From: Cetorhinus maximus
Lineage: Eukaryota
Assembly: GCF_964194155.1 (NCBI RefSeq)
Contig: NC_135898.1
Location: 48,360,001 to 48,424,000, forward strand
Direction of reading: 5' to 3'
DNA length: 64,000 nucleotides
The notes below the pieces were generated by a model. That model saw only the letters and a list, made by a program, of their open reading frames with translations. It did no database searches and was not told where the DNA came from. Of this stretch, positions 52,601 to 64,000 are shown piece by piece; positions within the stretch are counted from its first letter, which is position 1; each line of letters begins with the position of its first letter. The position numbers were made by a program, and so were the translations under genes.

Positions 52601-53549
52601 GAATCCATTTCATGTCTCCACATTGGTTTGCATTCCCATTCTTTCTGTTACTTATTGTGCACGGAGCCAGCAGGAAAGCTGGAAATATTCAATACCATTT
52701 ATAACCTTTGTTCCCATATGCAGACACTTAAATTTTCCCAACAGCTCCTTAAGAGACACCGGGAAGTATTTCTCTAAACAGCAGATGATGAAAAGATGGA
52801 GTAGCTTGCCAGGAATGCTGATTGAAGCCAGCGTGCTGGACTCACTTAAATGTTAAATGCCGCTATGGAGAGATGGTAAGACTGGTGTTCTGAAAGAATG
52901 AGCCAAAAGGGCATCCTTCATCCAAGCCTAATTTGCAACAACATAAACAGCTGGTTACGTTAATATATAAATACACTTGTACTTCATATGTAGGTGTTAT
53001 TGCTGAAAAGGAGGTTCCTTATTGGTTCATTTCATTATGATAAACAAAATATATGACTATGCTTGCAAAACTTTTAATGGTCATTGCAAGCTAAGTAACC
53101 TCAGTAGTGCTTAGCAGTTAGTGTTCTCATCATTACAAATCCCAACTCCTTAAAGCAGAAGTACATTTTTAATACATGGTTTATTTGCTTTAATGAGAAT
53201 GCATTCAGATTTATTCATGTTAGTTTGTAAGCTGTGAAGGGGATGGTGATGTTTCACTTCTGTGTAACGACACTGCTAGCAACCTTGAAATAATAGCAGA
53301 TATATATTAGTCAGTTCATGGAATTGCAATGCCAGAGTGCTCTGCCTGCACAAGTATTTTTAGCCCAGAGAAGGTCTGTGCCTTCTCCTGTAGTTAACCA
53401 ATTCACAATGAGTCCAGGAAACACTTGGATCTGAAAAAAAAATTAATCAATTTGATGAAAAATAAGCAAGTGCACAATCATTTAGATTATCAAACCTGTT
53501 CCTTCCACAGACCTACTAGGCTCTGTTTTATATGCTCTATGTTTTATAT

Positions 53550-54030
53550 ATGTCATAGTGTGATACGCACATAAGAAGGTCAATTCAGCCCGTGCCAGCT
53601 CTTTGATAGAAATATCCCATTAGTCTCACTCCCCTGCTCTTTTCCCAAAGCCCCATAATTCTTCCCCCAAGTATTTATCCAATTATCTTTTGAGTGTTGC
53701 TATTCAATTGGCTTCCACTGCCCTTTCAGGCAGCACATTCCAGGTCACAATAACTTGCTGTGTAAGAAGATGTTTCCACATCTCAGCTCTGGTTCTTTTG
53801 CCAATCACCTTAAATCTGTGTCCTCTGTTTACCAACACTCTTTTGCTGCTCAAAACAGTTTCTCTGTATTTACTTTGCCAAACCATCATGATTTTGAACA
53901 CCTCGATCAAATCTCCTTCAAATCCTAAAACAACCCGAGCTTCTCTTGTGTCTCCACTTAACTACCATTCTCAGACCATTTTAGTAAATCTCTGTGGTCT
54001 CTCGCTGAGGCCTTGACACCCGTCCTGAAG
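53550..54030 (-). mobile_element. CR1 (HER1-like) 3' fragment
   Basis: LIEVFKIM..NRGHRFKVIGKR..WNVLPERAVEA. Confidence 0.8.
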
Positions 54031-54056
54031 TTAAGCCAACATACAGTTAAGCAAAA

Positions 54057-54290
54057 TACCTCTTTGTTCTTTTGTCTATGACATCTTTTGGCTATCTCCG
54101 CCTTTCACTGGCCCTCTGTCCAGCTCTAACTGTCCCACACCCCCCTTAAACCAGTATATATTTCACCTCTTTTCTAATTTTCCTTAGTTCTGTTGAAGAG
54201 TCATACGGACTCGAAACATTAACTGTGCTCCTCTCCGCAGATGCTGTCAGACCTGCTGAGTTTTTCCAGGTATTTTTATTTTTGTTTTTG
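54057..54290 (+). mobile_element. Penelope-like pseudo-LTR insertion with hammerhead motif
   Basis: agtt-CTGTTGA-agagtcatacggactc-GAAAC-att-aact; 16-bp TSD atacagttaagcaaaa (54041-54056, 54291-54306). Confidence 0.78.
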
Positions 54291-54967
54291 ATACAGTTAA
54301 GCAAAACATTTTGAATCAAGTAAGTACCAGTGTAGTCATATATCACAAGCTAATGATAGCCTAGGGCGAAAGAGATTGGGATTCAGAAACCCAATCAGCT
54401 TGTTATGCTGGCTTTCTGTTCCCTTCTAGGTCACTGTGCTGGAAGCCACCAATCAACTTTTACTAGAACATTTTCAAGGTTGATAATTATATTATAATGG
54501 CAAGGAAAGGGGTGAGGCAGGAGGCTGTCAGGTCCGTGTGATAATTTTGATAAACACAACTTAAAAAGTGGCAATAATTCCATCTCCTCTGATTTCTCTT
54601 AATCCCAAAAGTCAATTAAGGTACTTGTTGTAGGGTGGCCAAGTTGTACTATTAGTGATAGAGTTGATCTGCAGTCACTTCTTGGGTGGAAACTTAAGTT
54701 TATTTACAATATATTCAGCAACAACTACATGTGTGCTTCTAACTCCAACTCTATCTCTACACTGACTGCTGAGGTTGCCCACACTACTCTCCTATTGGTT
54801 ACTACAGATCATGTGATCTTCCCTAACAAGCATTATTCTTAAAGGTACATTACACACTAAATAAAATCATAATTATTATATTCCTCCCCCAATTAACTCG
54901 GCTATACATTTTATATTTACAACCACATATTTTTCAAGACACATAACATTTACGCTGGGTAAGGAAT

Positions 54968-57900
54968 TTACAAGTTCAGTCTTTCAGGTGGTTTCCTGGT
55001 ACGTGTGGAACGTCGCAGCTCTACAACTTCAGATTCTTTGTCAGGAACTTCCTTTTCTGGAGTTGCCTGAACATCAGGTGCTGCGGTGGGCACCTGCAGT
55101 TCTGTATCCTCAACTCTTACAGGAACATCAGACATGTCAGTCCTGGGTTGAATATCCTCAACAGGAAACGCAGACCTGGTCATGGTCACTGGTGGAACCA
55201 TATCTTGATGATTTGTTTCTCTCTTCCTTAAATTGTCCACATGTTTATGGATGATCCGGCCTTCCACCTCTACGTGGTAAAATAGAGGTCCAGTCACCGC
55301 AGTCATTTCACCCAGTAACCACTTTGGTCCTTCCCTGAAGTTCTTCACGTATACCGGCTCTCCCACGGTAAACTTCCTCTCACGATTATGCCAGTCGTGT
55401 CTAGTTTTCTGGCTCTTTTCCACGTTCCCCTCTACATTCGGCATTATTAAGCTCAATCTCGTCCTGAGACAGCGTTTCAACAATAACTCCGCAGTGTGAC
55501 ACCTGTTGTTGTGTGAGGAGTGGTCCTGTAATGAAAAAGAAAGCGTGCTGGCTTGGTTGCTAAGGAATCGCCAGTTAGCTTTTTCATGCCTCCCTTGAAC
55601 GTTTGAACCCTCCTTTCAGCAAGTCTGTTTGAGGAAGGGTGGTACGGTGCAGTTTTCACATGAGAGATACCGTTGAAGCTGATAAACTGTTGAGCTCAGA
55701 ACTCGTAAATATTGTGCCATCAGCAGAAACAATTACTTCTGGTAGTCCGTGAGTGGCAAAGCTCTGACATATTTTCTCAATTGTAGCAGCCAACATTGGT
55801 GACTTCACCTCATATACGCCCAACCAGTTTGAATGGACATCGACAATGAGCAGAAACATTGTTCCCAGGAGAGGTCCAGCATAGTCAATGTGTAACCATA
55901 CCCAGGGCCTACCTGGCCACTCTCATGGGTGTAATGGAGCTGTCACTGGCAACTTTTGCAGGTGCTAACAATGCACACATGATAGCTGCGTGTTATGGTC
56001 TTCATTTGGGAAATTCCTGGATGGGTAACGTGTAGTTCAATTAAGTGGCTCCCTTCCCATTGGAGGAACTATCACTCGTGCTCCCCACAATAAGATGCTA
56101 TCCTGGCTGGTTATTTCATGTCTTCTGTTGAAGTCAGGTTTCATTTAATCAGATACGGGCTCCTGTGACCAACCATGTAGCACTTGTTCTTGTACTTGAG
56201 ATAGGACCGGGTCCCGCCTTGTCCAGTCTCTGATCAGTCGAGCACATATCGGCGAGGAATCTAAGAAATTTAACAGTAAAGTAAGTTCCTGTGGAACTGG
56301 GATGTGCTCATCATTTTCTTGTAAAGGCAAACGACTAAGGGCATCAGCGTTTGTAATTTAATTGCCAGGCCTATGTACGAAAGTGTATTCGTATGCTGCC
56401 AGAATTAAAGCCCATCATTATATTCTTGCTGAGGTTATGGGTGGTATAACCTTGTCCTCACTAAACAATCCTAGAAATGGTTTATGGTCTGAAACTATTG
56501 CAAAACGATGGCCATGTACATACTGGTGAAATTTCTTGACATCAAAGATGGTGGATAGGCCTTTTTCTATCTGCGAGTATCCCTTTTCTCCTGTGGTGAG
56601 CATTCTTGATACGTAACCTATTGGCTGTTCCGTGCCATCATGCAATGAGAGAGCACTACTCCCACTCCGTAGGGATTTGTGTCACATGTCAGCACCAATT
56701 CTTTCATCTGGCCATAATGCACTAATAGGTTGGATGAGTACAACAATTGTTTCATCTTTATGAAAGCTTGTTTCCGGGGCACCTCCCAAGACCGACGTTT
56801 TTTTTTGATTAGAGAATGCAGGAGGGGCCAGCACTATAGACAAATTGGGTAAGAAATGCCCTTAATAGTTTGTCATTCCTAGGAATGATCTGAGCTCTGA
56901 GGCGTTCTTTGGCGCAGGTGCCTCTCTTATGGCTCTCACTTTCTCCTCAACCGGGTGGAGGCCCTGCGAATCTACCCAGTGACCCAAATAGATTACCTCC
57001 CTCACTTGGAATGTACTTTTTTTTTTAAAATGCATCCCAGCATGCAAGAAACATTTTAAGACTTCTTCTAAGTTTGCCAAATGCTCTTTTTCAGAGAATC
57101 CTGTCACCAATACATTGTCTAAATAGACTTCAACCTGGGGCAGTCCTGCAGTAAGCTTTCCATTGTTCTCTGCAAGATGGCACAAGTGGAGGAGACACCA
57201 AAAGGCAATTGTGTATATTGGCACAACCCTTTGTGCGTATTAATTGTGACAAATTGCCAGGAGGCATTATCCAACTCTAATTGTTGATAAGCATGACTCA
57301 TGTCAAGCTTTGTGTACATTGTACCTCCCGCCAGCTTGGCATTCAGGTCTTTGATTTTTGGAATGGGGTGCCTGTCTAGTTCAGCTACTTTATTAACCTT
57401 CAGTTTGTAGTCTCCACAAATTCGGACGCTTTGGTTGGGTTTAAGGGCGGGGACTATGGCTGCTGCCCATTCTGAGAATTGAACAGGTTGTATAACACCC
57501 AGTTCCTCTAGTCTGTTCAGTTCAATGTCGACTTTTTCTCACAGGCCATATGGCACCGGTCTCACCTTCATGAAGCGAGGGGTTGTTTCTGGATCCACAT
57601 AAATCTTGGCCTGCAGGCCCTGGATTTTCCTCAGTCCATCCCTGAAGACAGTGGTGTACTTTCTAAGTAGCTCTGGTAGCCAACTTGTTCTCAACTGGAA
57701 AATTTCAGACCATTCTAACTTAATCTACTTTAACCAGGAGGCTTGGCCCTTCACCTGCTACCACCATCAAGGGTATCTTTGTCAATTGGCTTCCATAATA
57801 GACAGTTACTCTGCTTATGTCCTTTACTTGAATGTCTTCACCCGTATCTGTTTTTAGCTTGGCATCTGTTTCTTCTAAACTTAATTGATCTTCCCTGATA

Positions 57901-58030
57901 TTGCTGTGAGATTATCCAGTACCCTGTCATTCATTATTCAAATATCTGAAGGTATGTTCCCCAATTACTGTAGTGGAAGCTCCCGTGTCCACTTCCATTC
58001 TAACAGGTTTGCCATTTACTTTCACTGTAA
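54968..58030 (-). pseudogene. pol: pol (protease-RT-RNase H-integrase), frameshifted
   Basis: MEVDTGAS; KLDMSHAYQQ..LPFGVSS; YLDN (YLDD); SFLGMTNY; YSQIEK; SDHKP; IDYAGP; APYHPSSNRLAER; ends RRSTRTRKPPERLNL. Confidence 0.92.
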
Positions 58031-58526
58031 CAAATATTGGTTCCGTCTTTCCAACTTTCAGATTAAACAACGAGTAAGTGTCTGAATTCATTGTTTCAGG
58101 CTCTTCTACATTGTAGATTTCTTTGGGCTTCTCCTTTTGTTTATAAGCCTGCTTGAATCTTTCCTTGTACTGCCTCATCACATCAATTTCCAGGAGAATC
58201 GTAGCATTCGATTTTTTTAAACTGCCAATTGCTAAAAGACAGCTCGTTTCCACCTCTATTAAAATTATCTTTTGGTTTCGCTACTAAGTTATTTTTCTTT
58301 ATTCTTCGGCTAGCGGGGGCTGTTTCCCACTTCTTGGCAGAGTCTCGCTTTTTCGCGCCTCTTTCAGCTGATGTTTTCCCGCCCGATGTGGAGGACGGAG
58401 CCATTTTGCACACCCTGTCTTGCTTTTGAATCTCTCAATGCACTTCTCGTGGCCAGCGCTATCTCTAGCACCTTCTTGAAACCCAGATTCACTTCGGACA
58501 ATAATCTTTTCTGAGTAGAGGGGTAA

Positions 58527-58880
58527 GTGATGGCATAGTGGTATTGTCGCTGGACTAGTAACCCAGAGACCCAGGGTAATGCTCTGGGGACCTGAGGTTT
58601 GAATCCCGCCACGGCAGATGGTGAAATTTGAATTCAATAAAAAATCTGCAATTAGAAGTCTAATGCTGACCATGAAACCATTGTCAATTGTTGTTACAAA
58701 CCCACTAATGTCATTTAGGGAAGGAAATCTGCTGTCCTTACCTGGTCTGACTGACATGTGACTCCAGACCCACAGGAATGTGGTTGACTCTTAAATGCCC
58801 TCTGAACAAGGGCAATTAGGGACAGATAATAAATTCTGGCCTAGCCAGTGATGCCCACATCCCATGAATGAATAAAAAAA
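58527..58880 (+). mobile_element. Near full-length tRNA-derived SINE with CR1-family-1 3' tail
   Basis: Box A tggcatagtggt, box B ggtttgaatccc, central domain, tail homologous to the LINE ends at 21330-21400. Confidence 0.85.
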
Positions 58881-59480
58881 TGTGCCTAAGAAGTATTATT
58901 CTTAAAGGTACGTTACACACTAAATAAAACCACAATTACTAATAATACTGGACATATATTATTGGTGGTTATATAAGGTTTTGTAATTAACACCTCATTC
59001 TGTACCGTGCCTGATTTAAAAGACTTAAATTATACCTCCTGCAGGATTTTGAAATCTTGCATTTCTTTAACACTTTACATGTCATGCAAACATAAAAATG
59101 AGGAGCAGGAAAAGACCAGCTCATCCAGCAAGCCTGCCTCAGACTCATGCTGACTGGAGCATCATGATCAATCCCCTCCCCTCTCTGTTCCCACCTCTGC
59201 AGCCATGTAATCCCTTGCATGAAGTAAAAATAATCGTGCCAATAAGGGGAAAAAGAACTATTGAAATTTTCTCTCTGACCCTTTCATTCCAAGGAATCAC
59301 ATGGATCATGCTTACGTGCCAAAATACCTAGAGTATTACAAAAAGATCAAACTAATCTTAAGCGCAAATTGTAAAACAGCAGACTGAAATTACTTTATAA
59401 TTGAATTATTTACAGAAATGCAGAAAAAGAAAACTTCTAGATCTTCCCTGATATTGCTGTGAGATTATCCAGTACCCTGT

Positions 59481-59960
59481 CATAAAATCATATTGCACAG
59501 AAGGAGGCCATTTGCCCCATTGTGCTTGTGCCTGCTCTTTGAAAGAGTTAGTAAGGGGAAGAACAGCCTCTTCTCATCCTTATGTCACTATCCAATTGCA
59601 CCTTTGCCCCTGATCTCTCTTCATTAACCCCCTACCTATTTCTCCTCCCCCAGTATTTATCCAGTTCCCTTTTGAAAAATACTATTTAATCTGCTTCTCC
59701 CACACTTTCAGGGACTGTATTCCAGATCACAACAACTCACTGTGTAAAAAAAATAAAAACTTCTCCACGTTTGCCCCTCAGGTTCTTTTGCCAATGATTA
59801 ACCTGTGTCTACAGGTTACCAAATCCTCTGCCAGTGGAAAGAGGCTCTCCCTTTTACCCAATATCAAAACCCCACATAACTTTGAACACTTCTATTAAAT
59901 CTCCCCTTAACTTTCTCTAAGAAAAACAACCCCAGTCTTTCCACTGTGTAATACCTGAAG
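59481..59960 (-). mobile_element. CR1 (HER1-like) 3' fragment
   Basis: cacagaaggaggccatt tail; aaatctccccttaac..ctctaagaaaaacaacccc. Confidence 0.75.
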
Positions 59961-59977
59961 CACTGCAGTGGGTCACT

Positions 59978-60223
59978 CATTGTAAGGTGGCCGAGTTGTA
60001 CTATTAATGATAAAGAAATATCTGCAGGTCAACTCTAAGTTTATTTACGATATCCTCAGCAACAACTACACGTGGCTGCTTTGAATTCAAACTCTATCTC
60101 CACACTGACTGGTGGGGCAGCCCACACTACTCTCCAATTGGTTACTACAGAGCATGTGATCTTGCCTCACAAATATTATTCTTAAAGGTACATTACACAC
60201 TAAATAAAACCATTATTATTATG
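59978..60223 (-). mobile_element. Solo LTR of Gypsy B family
   Basis: Colinear with 54626-54880; 6-bp TSD gtcact/gtcacc. Confidence 0.88.
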
Positions 60224-61421
60224 GTCACCTACCACTGTAATTAACAGATGGGCTCAAGGTAAAGATATAGAGACCTTACAGAAGTTATGCAACTTACACA
60301 TGTTACTTGTAAGATTGTTAGCTCTAAGTTCACAAAGCTTGTTTAAGACTTAAGCAACTCTGTTACTCCCAACCTCAAAATCTCTTATTCTCACTTGTTT
60401 CCACAATAAAATACAGATTTCTTTTCAGTACTCCATCTCACAGTGGATTGGCATTACTCATTTAAAGATGCCAATACTTTATTCTATCCTCCTCCCCCCT
60501 CAAAGGCTTCCTTCATTTTTTTTAAATCATTCATCAAATGATAAAAAAGATCTTTTCTTCCCCCCTAATACTTCTCTGTACTAACCAGGAGATGTTTTTT
60601 TGGCCCACATTATGGAGCAATCAATCACCAATAGCTCCACAAGGACATAATCTTTATGGTCCATCCAGCCCAGCTGATTGAGTTCACCCACACACCCAAA
60701 GTATCAAAGCACCTCATAAATGTCCATCTCCCTGGCATACAACCACAACTTGCATTTATGTAGCACCTTTAATGTAGAAAAGCATCCCAAGCTGCTTGAC
60801 GGAAATATAATCATCATCAATTTTACCTCAGCAGCAACAAAAACCTTTCTGTGGGGTAAAATTCAACCCCACACAACACCGAGGCCAATGGCCTACACTT
60901 TCTGAGCAAGATTTCAAACTCCCTTTTATGATTCCAAGTTCTTTGCATCTGTTTGGTCCTTTCTCTTGAACATATGGGTGCAATCATGAACTCATCAGCT
61001 AAATGGGCCATCACTAAAAGGCTGTGAAGACAAAATTGAGGATTTCTGATTAGAGTAAATAAGGAGAAACTGTTTCCACTTACAGGAGGAACCAGAGGAC
61101 ACAGCCACTGACAAAAAAAAAACAGAAGGGGGAGATGAAGAAACTTTGGGTGGAATTGTCCCAGGTTTACACTAAGTGTAGTAACGGGTGGAAAGAAGAA
61201 CGTTTTACCCGCCAGCTACAATGGTGGTTTTTCACGCCATATCGTCCCATTCCCACCTCCTAAATGCATTCCTGGGAAATACGCCGGGTCGCTGGCAGGG
61301 TGGCCTCTGATTCACCCGCCCTGCCATAACCTCAGGTCTTCAGTACACCGGACGCCATATTTAAAGGCTGCCCCTGAACAGAGCTAGCACCCTTCAAAGT
61401 ATAGGAAGCTGCTGGGAACTG

Positions 61422-62800
61422 ATGGCTGCCATAGGGAGGGAACATGCTGCCCCCAAATTGAGTGACGCCTCCATCGAGCTCCTACTGGACACAGTGGAGG
61501 CCCACCTCGATGACACCATCGCGATGTCCCCTACCCCCACTCAAGGCAAAGACCGGCAAGCAAGATCACCAATCCAGCATTGGAAGCAGTGGCAGTGATG
61601 GTCAGCACCAATGCCCTGCAAAAAAGGACAGCCATCCACTGCAAGAAGAGGATGAATGGTCTCATCCATTCCAGCAGGGTAAATCACTCTTCAACTCACA
61701 CACTCACAAACCCATCACACATCCACAGGGATCTCATACCTCAAGGGACAACACCACTAACTCTCACACACATCCTCACATCCCCATCAGGCTCATATCC
61801 TCTGGAGCTCACATCCTCATCCTGTCCATGGCTCCACCCACCACATAAACATTCCACGCAGTGCCATGTGTCCTGCTCACACTCTTGCCAACTGTTTTCA
61901 TGCAGGAGAAGCCTGCTCATAACGGCAGGGAGAGGTCCCAGACCGGGGGGGTGGAGCGGCCCACATTAGACTCCTCACTCACCTTGAGGAAGGAGTATGC
62001 CATCATGCTGACTGGTGAAGACGTGGACCATGCCAACAGCAACGGTGAGGTCGGTGGCGAACACCCTCATGAAGATCCTGCATCACACCATCCCTCTCTC
62101 AACGCAACTGTCTCGCCCCTGCTGCCATGCACTAATTATCTCTATTTCGGTTTACAAGGAGCTCTGCCAAGCAACCGACACCCTCAGCCAGCCAGTCCCT
62201 CAGCTCCATCCAGGTCCTTGCCTCTAGCCAAGAGGAGACCTCCTCCATTGAAGAGCGGGAAATAAGTAGCTTGGAAAACCAGCCACAGCACTTACCCACA
62301 CCCTCCACCAGCACAGAGACACACACCTCAGTGGGACCTAGTTCTAGAGCAGGCTTGGGTTCACAAATTGGTGGTCACCGCATGACACGTGTCCGCAGCA
62401 GGAGGAGGCAGAATCAGCGGAGCTCCCTGGCAATCAGAGGACTGCTGGGGAACAGGCATCTGTGAGGTCTGAGTCAGATGATAAGCCTCTGGATTCGGCC
62501 TTCCAACTCATCCTGGAGAGTCAGCAGAAGACCTGGGAACATCACGCAAAGCTGTTGGAAGCCCTCAGCAGAGTGGCACACAAGTTGGAGGAGTAGGTCC
62601 ACCTGCTGTCTGATGAAGTGGTGCCCACATGTGTGTGTTTGGAATTCTCCATGGGGAGGATGGCAGATGCCATGGAGACCCTGGTCCAGCAGAAAGTGGA
62701 GATGCGTGCAAACCTGCACTCCATCGTAGGAGCCATAGGTGAGTTCCTGCAGTGACAACGTGAGGGGTAAACAGGGCAACTCGATGCCCCTTCAGGTGCT
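61422..62800 (+). pseudogene. Harbinger Myb/SANT-like gene (decayed)
   Basis: LEAVAVMVSTNALQKRTAIHCKKRMNGLIHSSR|GT(61679)..AG(61905)|EKPAHNGRERSQTGG; downstream coiled-coil exon. Confidence 0.8.
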
Positions 62801-62849
62801 CCTTCCCCTCAACCTCGTCCTCTGTCACCCCAGGGGGTGCAGCTGAATT

Positions 62850-63330
62850 CCCACCAACCACCTTCACCCTCCCAACCTACCAGCTCACTCTGCCCTCTCT
62901 CATACTCACCATTTCCTACTACCATGCCCACCCCTTACCCCATTATTCACCTTTCTCCCGCCTCCTTTCGAATTCCTTCCTCCCCCGGGCTCCTTTCCCC
63001 CTCCGAATTCCTTTCTCCCCAGAAGTCCTACCCCTCTCTGAACTCCTTCCCACCTCCAAACTTCTTCTCTCACACCTTCCTCCCCCCTTACACTTACCTC
63101 CTCAGCTGCCACATTCTCTCCCGTTACACCCTCCTGCCCCATACTCCCTCCCCCTCTCTCCCAACCTCAGCCCCTGATACCATCATTCCCCCCCACAACC
63201 TAACCCCCCAACACTATTGTTGCCCTCCTCCCAACCTCAGCCCCCGGCACCATCGCTCCCCCTCCCAATCTTACCACCCCTCCCCTGCACCCACCCCCCC
63301 CTCCCCCCCACACAGGTACACCTTCCTCTC
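62850..63330. repeat. C-rich low-complexity tract (G-rich on the minus strand)
   Basis: Many C3-C7 runs, recurrent aacctcagcccc. Confidence 0.8.
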
Positions 63331-64000
63331 CCAGTCAAACCTAGACCTTCCTGTCCACCTCCTCGATGATCATCCATAACAGCCCATGGCCAAGACCTGA
63401 TGTTCTGAAGCAGACCCCAGCCGTCAATGGTGACCCTCCACCTTCCATGAGCGGCTTCGCGCTGGAGCCATATCCATGAGAATCCACTCAGCATGCGATG
63501 CACGTGTTCCTCTAGGGTCCGGTAGCTGTAGGCCTCCAGCGTCTTCTTCACCTCGGATGTCCGCAATGCAAACAAGGCCCTAATGGTAAGTCCCGACTTC
63601 TGCATGTCACACTTGTCCAGACGTGCTCTGGGCCGGCTCGTTTTCCTGCCAATGTGCCGGATGACCCAGCATGGGGGGATGATTCCCGCAAGCAGGACTT
63701 ACAATGATATGTGGATGTACTAAAATGACGTTCCCAATGTGCGGTGGCAGGAAAGGCAGCCCGCCATTGACGGGCAGAGCGGACAATCACAAACTGGTTT
63801 CACAACGTCGTGAAACCGATTTTGGGCCTTCTTGCCATATTGTCCGCCCATACCTGTCATGACAGCAGATGCCAAAAAGGAAGGATAATTCCGGCCTTTG
63901 TCTTTTAAGCAGCAAATTACTTTGATCTGTAATTCACAGGCTGATTGGCTGGTGGAAACAGATTCAATAGTAACTTTCAGAGGAGAATTGGAGAAATAGC

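Larger units (their letters stand above)
54626..58943 (-). mobile_element. Ty3/Gypsy (K02A2.6-like) LTR retrotransposon B, decayed
   Basis: 3' LTR 54626-54880 with PPT gggggaggaa; pol; remnant 5' LTR ~58882-58943; the 5' part of gag is lost at the SINE. Confidence 0.92.
61148..63896. mobile_element. Harbinger family A-related derivative retaining the Myb gene but lacking the nuclease
   Basis: Ends gggtggaatt / aattccggcc; TSD TTT; right end homologous to 37020-37340 and to 27438-27730 (inverted). Confidence 0.87.

Noticed and set aside
58527-58615. tRNA gene
   Set aside because: The A and B boxes belong to a SINE head followed by a SINE body and LINE-derived tail.
62837-63379. 180-aa Pro/Ser-rich ORF
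   Set aside because: C-rich low-complexity tract inside a transposon.
1-64000. CRISPR array, prokaryotic operon or defence system
   Set aside because: No repeat-spacer array or gene-dense operon; the content is vertebrate transposable elements with spliceosomal introns.

Overview
Eukaryotic, repeat-dominated genomic DNA, probably intronic or intergenic. The repeat families suggest a cartilaginous fish, probably a shark (inference). No intact protein-coding gene is recognisable. The window holds many decayed CR1-clade and L2 LINE fragments, tRNA-derived SINEs sharing a CR1 3' tail, and Penelope-like pseudo-LTR fragments with minimal hammerhead-ribozyme motifs. It also holds two full-architecture PIF/Harbinger transposons (HARBI1-like DDE nuclease plus a convergent intron-containing Myb/SANT gene) with deletion derivatives and MITEs, two decayed Ty3/Gypsy (K02A2.6-like) elements and four solo LTRs with 6-bp TSDs. 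Highlights: (1) a Gypsy element whose reverse-transcriptase region is replaced by a coiled-coil segment resembling host UACA, in frame with the protease; (2) an LTR group whose terminal dinucleotides show all CpG-decay states, suggesting non-canonical CG...CG ends; (3) palindromic hammerhead-bearing Penelope-type insertions with long TSDs; (4) a perfect 44-bp locally templated insertion; (5) a CpG-rich candidate host exon at 3793-3986. All family assignments come from visual motif recognition; no database search was run, and boundaries of decayed elements are approximate.
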